Source: an uncultured delta proteobacterium (GTDB lineage: Bacteria; Myxococcota_A; Polyangia; Polyangiales; Polyangiaceae). Taken from it: a DNA stretch of 64,000 nucleotides. This document shows positions 51,459 to 59,485 of the stretch, piece after piece. The position numbers and the translations under genes are program-made. How positions within the stretch are numbered: position 1 is the stretch's first letter; the number at the start of each line of letters is the position of its first letter. The notes under the pieces are model-generated. The model did not search any database and was not told the DNA's origin. It saw nothing but the letters and a program-made list of their open reading frames with translations. The DNA lies in NCBI GenBank assembly GCA_963716725.1, contig CAVQUB010000021.1:1-64000 (forward strand). Direction: 5' to 3'.

Positions 51459-52742
51459 ATGCACGCTCTCTCTTCGGTCTCCGATCGCGAGCTTCGCGAG
51501 CGCCTCTCCTCCGCCGTGAGCGCCGAGCAGCTGGCTTCTGCCGACGTCATCTTCCACCTGGCGGAGCTCGACCGCCGAAAGCTCTACCTCGAGGACGCCT
51601 GCTCCTCACTCTTCGCGTACTGCGTGGAGCGGCTCGGCTACTCCGAGGACGGCGCGAGCAAGCGAGTCCGTGTCGCCCGCTTGGTTCTGCGTTTTCCCCA
51701 GGCCCTCGACGAGCTCGCGAGCGGCGCCATCCACCTGACCGGACTGTTCCTGCTCTCCGGGCACCTCACGGAAGACAACGCCGATCGACTCATCGCCGAG
51801 GCTCGCGGCAAGTCGAAGCGGCAGCTCGAGGAGCTGCTCGCTCGGTGGGCGCCCCGGTCCGACGTACCGGCGACCATCACCCCGAGCGGGCCCGAGCCAG
51901 CTCGAGCGGAGTTATCAACAATGTCCGGGACAGGTGGCTCCGAGCTGTCGGCGCCGCCGCCATCGGCGCACCGTCCTCGTGTCGAGCCGCTCTCGGCCAC
52001 GAGCTTCCGCGTGGAATTCACCGCCAGTGCCACGCTCCGCGACAAGCTCGAACACGCCCGGAACCTCCTCAGCCACGCCGTGCCGAGCGGGGATCTCGCG
52101 ACCCTGATCGAGCGAGCCATCGATCAGCTCATCGCCGTGGAGACGAAGCGCCGCGCGGGCGCGGGCCAGCCACGCAAGCGCCGTGAAACTCGCGCCGGCT
52201 CGCGCCACGTGCCGGTGGAGGTCCAGCGCGCGGTGCGGGAGCGGGATGGCAACCAGTGCACCTTCGTCGATGCCGAGGGACGCCGCTGCTCCGAGAATAG
52301 ACCGTCCGGCCGGGCCGGAGGAGCGCCGTCCGCTGATGCGAACAGTCGCAAGGAGCCATCTCGAGTCAGGACGCTGAACACGAGTGGTTTCCTGACCATC
52401 GAGCACGTCGACCCGTACGCGATGGGAGGACCAACGACAGTGGATAACTGCTGCCTGCTTTGTTCGGCTCACAACGCCCACCGGGCGCGACAGGTCTACG
52501 GCGAGCAGCACGTCCGGAAGAAGGTCTCGGAGGCTCGCGCGGGCCGGGAAGCGAGCGGTGTGTCTGCGGGGACTGCGGCCGAGCTGAAGAGCGAAGTGTT
52601 CGAGAAGGTGCTGGCGGCTCTGCTTCACTCGGGGTTCAAGCGGCACGAGGCGCGGCGAGCCCTCGAACAGGTGCGCTCGCTCGGAGTCGAGCCGCAGCTC
52701 GAGCCCGTGCTGCGCGGAGCGCTGGCGGTACTCACTCCCTGA
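51459..52742 (+). CDS. HNH endonuclease (myxobacterial DUF222-like architecture) with a RuvA-C-like tail
   Basis: HLAELDRRKLY...SSLFAYC; RHVPVEVQRAVRERDGNQC...EHVDP...GG...N...LCSAHN; ALLHSGFK...A tail. Confidence 0.85.
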   Translation: MHALSSVSDRELRERLSSAVSAEQLASADVIFHLAELDRRKLYLEDACSSLFAYCVERLGYSEDGASKRVRVARLVLRFPQALDELASGAIHLTGLFLLSGHLTEDNADRLIAEARGKSKRQLEELLARWAPRSDVPATITPSGPEPARAELSTMSGTGGSELSAPPPSAHRPRVEPLSATSFRVEFTASATLRDKLEHARNLLSHAVPSGDLATLIERAIDQLIAVETKRRAGAGQPRKRRETRAGSRHVPVEVQRAVRERDGNQCTFVDAEGRRCSENRPSGRAGGAPSADANSRKEPSRVRTLNTSGFLTIEHVDPYAMGGPTTVDNCCLLCSAHNAHRARQVYGEQHVRKKVSEARAGREASGVSAGTAAELKSEVFEKVLAALLHSGFKRHEARRALEQVRSLGVEPQLEPVLRGALAVLTP

Positions 52743-53709
52743 GACGGTTCGTGCACACCCCCGACAAAGGGGGGTGCACGGGATGCCGCCTTTGGTCCCG
52801 GCAGCGGCAGCGCCGCGGGCACGGGACGCGGCGCCCGACTTCGACAGGCCCATCGTGAGCAACTCGGCTGGGGGCGCATCGATCTGGACGCGCAGGTACC
52901 TCACGACCACCCCGTGCGTGCCATCGCCGCGGTGATCGACCGCCTGGACCTCTCGAAGCTCTACGCTCGCATCGATGCACGCGACTCGAACCCCGGAGCG
53001 CCGGCCATCGACCCCAAGCTCTTGCTCAGCCTGTGGGTGTACGCCACCAGCGACGGCGAGAACAGCGCTCGGGAGATCCAGCGCCTGACCGAGCTGCACG
53101 CCGCCTATCGGTGGCTGTGCGGCGGGGTGAGGCTCAACCACCACACGCTCAGCGACTTTCGCAGCCACAACGCCGAGGTGTTCGACGACCTGATCACGCA
53201 GGTGCTGGCCTTGCTCATGAGCCACGACCTGGTGGACCTCATGCGTGTCGCGCAGGACGGCACGCGCGTACGGGCCAGCGCCGGAGCGTGTTCTTTTCGC
53301 AAGGGCACCACGCTGGAGGCTCTGCGCCAGGAAGCTCGTGCACATCTGGCCGCGGTCACGGCAGACACCGAGAGCGGCTCGCGGCGAGCCGCGGCGCAGA
53401 AGCGTGCGGCCCAGGATCGCCTGGACCGGCTCGACGCGGCGCTCGCGCAGTTGCCCGGGGTCACGAAGACCAAGAGCAAGAGCGGCGCCAAGGACCCGAC
53501 CCCTCGAGTGTCGACGACCGATCCGCAGGCACGGGTGATGAAGATGGGCGACGGAGGATTCCGGCCCGCCTACAACGTGCAGCTCGCCACGACCGCCGAC
53601 GACGCGCGGGTCATCGTCGGTGTCGCCGTCACCCACCGCGGCAGCGACATGGGCGAATCGACTCCGATGCTAGAGCAGATCGAGAAGCGGACGGGCGTCC
53701 GGCCACTAG

Positions 53710-54345
53710 TACCGCGCGGCAGAAGTTTCGCTGGCTTCTTTTCCGTGTGCGTGTCGTCGGCGTAGTGGGGTGACATGATCGACTACAGCGCGTTCGCGGG
53801 CCGAGCGCACGGTGGTCGTCCGACGGTTCCGCTCGCACGGGGATGGCACAGGAAGGGCGAAAGCTCGGAAGATTTGGGGATGGGACGGACGAGGTGATCG
53901 GTGCGCTGATCGAGGTGCATCGGCATCTCGGTCCAGGGCAGATGGAATCCGCATACGAGGCCTGTCTATCTGCCGAGCTGTCCGAACGACGGCTCAGGTT
54001 CGAGCGGCAGCGACCGCTACCAATCCGCTACCAATCCGCCAAAAAGGCGTGCACCTTGACTGCGCCTATCGCCTCGACCTGGTCGCTTCCAGATCATATC
54101 CTCCTGGAGCTCGGGGCGGTCGAGCGGCTGCTCCCGATTCACGAAGCGCAGGTCATCACCTATCTGCGCCTTTCGCAGTTGCCTGTCGGCCTGCTCGTCA
54201 ACTTCAACGTGACCGCGCTCAGAAATGGCCTGCGGGGGCTCACGCCTGACCCCCCCCAATCCTTCCGCTCTTCCGCCCTTCCTGTGAGAGCCCAAATGAG
54301 CGCGGGTCTCAGGCGCGAATCCACTCGAACTTCAGCCGCGCGGCA
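53710..54345. mobile_element. 636-bp non-autonomous element with terminal IRs and a CTAG target duplication
   Basis: Left CTAG-TACCGCGCGGCAGAAGTT; right AACTTCAGCCGCGCGGCA-CTAG. Removing it restores the transposase frame (GVRPLELLVDGGY). Confidence 0.88.
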
Positions 54346-54349
54346 CTAG
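53843..54349 (+). pseudogene. GxxExxY (PD-(D/E)XK-like) protein, degenerate
   Basis: VHRHLGPGQMESAY, HEAQVITYL, GLLVNF; an 11-nt duplication shifts KGVHLDCAYRLDLV out of frame; ExK reads ELG. Confidence 0.8.
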
Positions 54350-54839
54350 AGCTCCTCGTCGATGGGGGATACGCGAAGCATGAAGCCATCGACGAAGCGG
54401 CCGCGCGCAACGTCACCGTCTACGCTCCGCTGCCCAAGCCCCGCGACGACGACGGCTCTGACCCTCACCGGCCGAGGGATACCGACAGCGCAGCCGTTGC
54501 CGCCTGGAGACAGCGCATGGCCACCGACGAGGCCAAGCAGATCTACCGGCAACGGGCCGCGACCGCCGAGACCGTCCACGCGGACGCCAAAACGCACCGC
54601 GGGCTCGACTCGCTGACCCTGCGGGGACTCGACAAGGCACTGGCCAGCGTGACGCTCTTCGCGCTCACCTACGACATCCTGCGCGCCATCACACTCGGCG
54701 TCTGACCCCGCCACCGCTCTGCTTCCGCGCTCGGACCACCCGAATCGCGTCGCGCCCCACGCGCTCCCGCCCTGCGCCTGGGACTCGCCCTCGCTCGATT
54801 TCCCGGCGGCGCACGCTCAACCGATTTCTTCTCACCCTC

Positions 54840-55781
54840 TCAGTTGGGCAGCACGACTTTGTCGTAGATCTTGAAGTCGTCGAAGTCGCCCATGCCGTGC
54901 GCGGCGTGGTTGCACTGGTAGTTGCCGATGTACATGTACTGCGGAAGGCCAGCGTCGGCCGCGGGGTAGGCTTGGGTGGTCATGCCGAGTTCGACGCCAT
55001 CCAGGTAGATCTTGGTGGTGAAGTTGCCGGCGAAGTTGCTCCAGGTAACCGTCACCCGGGTCCATTGGCCCTGCACGAAGGTCAGCTTTGCGGTTGAGAT
55101 CGAGGCAAGTGGGGTGCCCTTCATCCCAAGCACCAGGGCGTTCTCGGGTGCTCCCGACTTCTTGAGCTCCATGAACATATCGCTCAGAGTGAACAGGTAG
55201 TGCACCTGATTGTCAGCCTTCTGGAAGTTCGGACGGAAGTAGAAGTCGATCGTGCCCAAGTTGAAGCCGATGTTGCCCGGCGCGGGGAACTTCGCGCAGT
55301 CGGTCTTTTCGTCGACGCGGAGCGCGCCGCCGCATTGACCGTCCACATGGGTATTGCCGGGACCTGGATAGCCGCTTCCGTTGCCGGCGATGATCGCGGG
55401 CTGCTCGATAGACTCCTTGTCGTTCAGCGTCGTGTACAACAGGACCGCGCTCATCAGGATGTCGCCACAAGTTGCGACGCTCCCGCCGGCACCGCCGCTC
55501 GCGCCGCCGGAACCGCCGCCCGCGCCGCCCGTGCCACCCGTGGTCGTGCCCCCGACGGCGCCGACGCCGCCGGAGCCACTCGCGCCGCCCGCACCACCCG
55601 TGGTCGCGCCCCCGACGGCGCCGACTCCGCCTCCACCGGACGAGCCGCCGACGCCGCCACCCGCGCCCGCGGCACCACCCGACGCCGCGCCGCCGGTGCC
55701 ATCGGTCGCGAACTCCTCCCCGCTGCAAGCCGTCAGCCAACCCAAGACGCCCAGCAGCGCACCGACTCTCCGTGCTCGCAT
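54840..55781 (-). CDS. Lipoprotein with a Gly-rich linker and a LamG/concanavalin-like domain
   Basis: Lipobox LTAC; GTIDFYFRP, WTRVTVTW, IYLDG, FDDFKIYD. Confidence 0.8.
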   Translation of the reverse strand: MRARRVGALLGVLGWLTACSGEEFATDGTGGAASGGAAGAGGGVGGSSGGGGVGAVGGATTGGAGGASGSGGVGAVGGTTTGGTGGAGGGSGGASGGAGGSVATCGDILMSAVLLYTTLNDKESIEQPAIIAGNGSGYPGPGNTHVDGQCGGALRVDEKTDCAKFPAPGNIGFNLGTIDFYFRPNFQKADNQVHYLFTLSDMFMELKKSGAPENALVLGMKGTPLASISTAKLTFVQGQWTRVTVTWSNFAGNFTTKIYLDGVELGMTTQAYPAADAGLPQYMYIGNYQCNHAAHGMGDFDDFKIYDKVVLPN

Positions 55782-55924
55782 GATCGCTCATCTTAGCAGC
55801 ATCCAACGGCGCCGCGGCTCGAACCCGTAGGGCGGCAGCAGACGGCGGCCCGCGAGCCCGCCAGAAGCGCGCCAACAATCGCCGCGCTAGGGTCGGTGTC
55901 GCCGCCGAGTTTCACCCGGTCAAA

Positions 55925-55954
55925 TTGACAGCTACTCCGGGACTCGCGCATGCT
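55925..55954 (+). promoter_or_regulatory. Sigma70-type promoter, probably leaderless
   Basis: TTGACA - 18 nt - CATGCT, then 6 nt to ATG 55961. Confidence 0.45.
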
Positions 55955-55960
55955 CGGCCC

Positions 55961-56524
55961 ATGAAGGGTACGGCGATGGGTGTGGGGATCTGCGTGCTGG
56001 TCCTGCTCTTGGCGTGCAAGCAGGAAGCGAAGAAGGAAGAGCTCGCGCCCCCGCCGCCGATCGCCACTGCAACCGCCGCGGCGCCGACTCCCACCGCACC
56101 GCCCGCGCCGGCCGAGCCCGCCGCGACGGGTCCCGAGTCCAAGACCGGCATGCCCAGCGGGGGAACCTCGAAGCCCCCGACGGTCGCCGAGTGGGGAGCG
56201 GTCGGTGAGATCACCGTTCGCCACAGCACGCCCTTGGCCTGCGAGACGAAGCTCGTCCGCGAGTGGCTGCGGGTCTCGTGCCGCACACCCGACAGTTCCG
56301 CGAACCAAATCCAAGGCGTGAAGCTGACCCGCGGGGCCGACTCCGGTGGCATTCCGCCCTTCGTGAAGAAGGGCGTCGCCAGCATCGTCACGCGGGTGAA
56401 GCCGGGCATCGACGCCGATTGGACCTTCGACTGGAGCCAGTGGGGCAGGCGGGTGCTGACGGTCAAGTGGCCCAACGGAGCGCCGGCGCCGACCTACGAG
56501 TTCGACCAGACCGCGCCGAAGTGA
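55961..56524 (+). CDS. Putative lipoprotein
   Basis: Lipobox LLAC; Pro/Ala linker; CETKLVREWLRVSC domain. Confidence 0.75.
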   Translation: MKGTAMGVGICVLVLLLACKQEAKKEELAPPPPIATATAAAPTPTAPPAPAEPAATGPESKTGMPSGGTSKPPTVAEWGAVGEITVRHSTPLACETKLVREWLRVSCRTPDSSANQIQGVKLTRGADSGGIPPFVKKGVASIVTRVKPGIDADWTFDWSQWGRRVLTVKWPNGAPAPTYEFDQTAPK

Positions 56525-56530
56525 GCGAGA

Positions 56531-58246
56531 TCACCACCAGGGCTCGCGACAACCTGCGAGCTCGGCGGACTTCTCCGCCCCCGAGCGCTGCTCCTTGGGC
56601 AGACTCGCAACGGCGGTCGCGGCCTGGGGCCAGGCGAGTTCCGCGTCACGGCGCGCGGCGTCGGACTTTTGGGTCTCCGCTTGGCGGGTCGCGTCGTCGC
56701 AAGTCCGCACGCCGAACGCGCAGGCGAGCAGCACGGCCTCCGCAGCCTCGAAGGCCTTCATGGCCTGACCACAGCGCGACGCCGCACCGTCCGACGCGAG
56801 AGCGAGCTTGCCGACCGCAGCGTCCCCCAGCTTCCGCTTGTCGAGCAGCTTGACCCGACTCGAAAGCGCTTCGCGGTATGCTGCCACCGACTTCGGCAGC
56901 ACGCTCGTGAGCCCCAGTGACGCGGCCGCCGTCACTGCTCCAAGGCGCACGCGGCCCGATGCGTCGACGTCGGCCAGCGGCAGCGCCATCGCGCGATGCA
57001 GTGCTGGGACGAGACGATCGCTCGGCAGATCGAGGTGGATGGCCTCGAGCTTCGCGGCGCCCAGCGCCGAGAACAGCGGGACCATGCTGGCGTCGCGTGC
57101 ACGCAGCGCGGTCTCGAAGTCGATGGAGTTCCGGATGGCGTCGATGTTCTGCGCGATGACCGCCACCAACACGCTGAGCCCGTCGTCGACAGGTTGCGCG
57201 TCGCGTTCTGCTCGAGCCACCGACGCCATGAACGCGGGAAGCGCCGCCAGATAACGCGCCTTGGGCTCGCCTGCGACGCGCAGCGAGGGGTAGCGCGCGA
57301 GAAACTGTCGGTCGTCTCGGTGCGGGATGCGACCCACGCGCATCACGGGCCCCGTCGGCCCCTCGAAGCGCCGAGCGACCACGACCTCACCCTCTGAGCA
57401 CGCCTTCCGGATACCCAAATAAGCGTCGATGGTCGTGGCTCGTTTTCCGCAGGCCATCAGCACGGCGCCGCTGCCGCTCTCAAGCGCCAACGGCACCAGC
57501 TTCGCCTCGAGCTTGCCACCCGCTTCGACCGCCAGGGGCTCGACGCCTGGACTCGCGGACGCCTGTACGGCGAGAGTGATCACCGACGCAGTCAGCGCCC
57601 ACGGCTGCGCCGTCGATACACATCGTCGCTGGTAGGTCTCGATGGCGGGCAAGGCCTCCTGACAGTCGAACTGATGGACGCACACGCCGGCCTTCGCCAC
57701 CTCGGCGAGGAGAGCGGGGCAACCGCGCCCGTCAATGCGCACGCGCTCGCCGAGTTTGCGCTGGGCCATGACCTCGAGCATGCGGACCACCAGCGGCGTG
57801 CTCCAGACCGAACACCGCGTCGCCCAGCCCTGCGCCACGCTCGCGCAGTCAGCCTCGCCGTCGCAAGCCTCGAAGAGCAGCCGCTTGGCCTCGGCCTCGC
57901 AGGGAGACGGAGGCTGAACGGCCTTCGCCGACAGCGCCGCCTCCCGCCGCTCGACCTCCGCGCTGAGCTCCGTGGCCAGCGGCTTGCAGACCCTCAGCCA
58001 ATCCCGAGCCAGCGACGCACCGTAGGAACACAGCGCGCCCTTGCACGGCTCTTCGCCCTTCAGCGTCTCGACCAGCGCAACGCACTCGGCCATCCGACCG
58101 CCGCGGATGCCTTCGGCCGCATAGAGCCACTCCGCGCTCTTCGGCTGCGGCGCCCTGGGCCCGGCTGGCGCCGGCGGCGCTTCGGGCGGTGGGGGTGGCG
58201 CAGCGCATGCCAACGCCGCCACGGAGATCAGCAAGGTTGCCCTCAT
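56531..58246 (-). CDS. Putative lipoprotein, helical and Cys-containing
   Basis: Lipobox ALAC; 571-aa ORF. Confidence 0.7.
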   Translation of the reverse strand: MRATLLISVAALACAAPPPPPEAPPAPAGPRAPQPKSAEWLYAAEGIRGGRMAECVALVETLKGEEPCKGALCSYGASLARDWLRVCKPLATELSAEVERREAALSAKAVQPPSPCEAEAKRLLFEACDGEADCASVAQGWATRCSVWSTPLVVRMLEVMAQRKLGERVRIDGRGCPALLAEVAKAGVCVHQFDCQEALPAIETYQRRCVSTAQPWALTASVITLAVQASASPGVEPLAVEAGGKLEAKLVPLALESGSGAVLMACGKRATTIDAYLGIRKACSEGEVVVARRFEGPTGPVMRVGRIPHRDDRQFLARYPSLRVAGEPKARYLAALPAFMASVARAERDAQPVDDGLSVLVAVIAQNIDAIRNSIDFETALRARDASMVPLFSALGAAKLEAIHLDLPSDRLVPALHRAMALPLADVDASGRVRLGAVTAAASLGLTSVLPKSVAAYREALSSRVKLLDKRKLGDAAVGKLALASDGAASRCGQAMKAFEAAEAVLLACAFGVRTCDDATRQAETQKSDAARRDAELAWPQAATAVASLPKEQRSGAEKSAELAGCREPWW

Positions 58247-58359
58247 GGCTCGTCGCCTCCCTGGGGCGAGCCCGTGTTCTTAGGGCCGAAGGCCCCCGAG
58301 CCGCAAGGGTCGCCGCTTTCGCGAGACAGCCGCGCCAGCGGGATCTATAGACCGACCCC

Positions 58360-58980
58360 GTGAATCGCCCTTACATCGTCGGAGTCGCCGGTGGCACCGG
58401 CTCGGGCAAGACCACCGTCGCCCGCGCGATCGCCTCGGCGCTTCCCCAAGGCACCGCAACGCTCCTCGAGCACGACAGCTACTACCGAGATCGTCAGGAC
58501 ATCAGCTACGAAGCCCGCTGCGAGGTGAACTTCGATCACCCGGACTCCCTGGAGACGGAGCTGCTGGTCGAGCACCTCGACGCGCTCCGCAACGGCAAGC
58601 CCGTCGACGTGCCGATTTACGATTTTTCGACCCACCGACGCCGTGACGACCGGCAACGGGTCGAGCCGGCACCGGTGATCGCCGTCGAAGGCATCTTGGT
58701 GTTCACCGACGCGCGGCTGCGCGAGCGCTTCGACCTCAAGGTCTTCGTAGACACCGACGCCGACATCCGGGTGTTCCGCCGCATCCGCCGGGATCTCGAG
58801 CAGCGCGGGCGTTCCTTTCAGTCGATTCGCGACCAGTACTACAAGACAGTGCGCCCCATGCACTTGATGTTCGTGGAGCCGAGCAAGCGCTGGGCTGACA
58901 TCATCGTGCCCGAAGGCGGAGAAAACAGCGTCGCAATCGAGCTCCTGGTCAGCAAGCTGCAGAGCGTGATTCGGGGTTGA
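58360..58980 (+). CDS. udk: Uridine kinase
   Basis: GVAGGTGSGKTT, DSYY, NFDHP, VRPMH..FVEPSKRWADIIVP. Confidence 0.95.
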   Translation: MNRPYIVGVAGGTGSGKTTVARAIASALPQGTATLLEHDSYYRDRQDISYEARCEVNFDHPDSLETELLVEHLDALRNGKPVDVPIYDFSTHRRRDDRQRVEPAPVIAVEGILVFTDARLRERFDLKVFVDTDADIRVFRRIRRDLEQRGRSFQSIRDQYYKTVRPMHLMFVEPSKRWADIIVPEGGENSVAIELLVSKLQSVIRG

Positions 58981-59035
58981 TCTCGCGCCCACGGAGTAGC
59001 TTGCGACGAGTCGGGCGAGCGCTATGCATCCACCA

Positions 59036-59341
59036 ATGGCGAGTCGGGTGTGCAGCTGGGCGATGGCGGCGGCGTTGCTCGTGGGCTGCGCTTCGAGCGA
59101 CGACTCCGGCGGCGCCGAGGGCGTGCCCATGGATCATCCCTTCCATCAGCATGGGTTCTTCTTCCAAGCGCGCTCCTCCGCTGGAGCATCGCCGCTGGTC
59201 TGGAAGGACACGGTCATCGTTCGCAGCGGCTCCAAGCTCGAGCTGGTGTCGCGCTACGACGAGCTGGGGCACTGGATGTATCACTGTCACATCCTGGAGC
59301 ACGCCGAGGGCGGCATGATGGGCGCCATCACCGTGCACTGA
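59036..59341 (+). CDS. Miniature multicopper-oxidase-like lipoprotein (C-terminal cupredoxin fragment only)
   Basis: Lipobox LVGC, then HPFHQHG, WKDTV, WMYHCHILEHAEGGMM. Confidence 0.75.
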   Translation: MASRVCSWAMAAALLVGCASSDDSGGAEGVPMDHPFHQHGFFFQARSSAGASPLVWKDTVIVRSGSKLELVSRYDELGHWMYHCHILEHAEGGMMGAITVH

Positions 59342-59485
59342 TCGTGGCACCACATGCGCCCCCGCTGCGTCGTTGCCGCCACGCCGCGCAGGTGCTAGCT
59401 GGGCGCGCGTTTCGCGCTCCATCGACGGGCGCCGGAGGGTCGGGCTGCAGCTGTGATTGCGGCACCGTGCCCGGGAGCATGTGCC

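Larger units (their letters stand above)
52741..54839 (+). mobile_element. IS1182-family insertion sequence with an interrupted transposase (parts about 52830-53709 and 54350-54705)
   Basis: GAPAIDPKLLL, NHHTLSDFR, VAQDGT, TTDPQARVMK, AYNVQ; resumes after the insert as LELLVDGGY...YRQRAATAETVHA. Confidence 0.88.
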
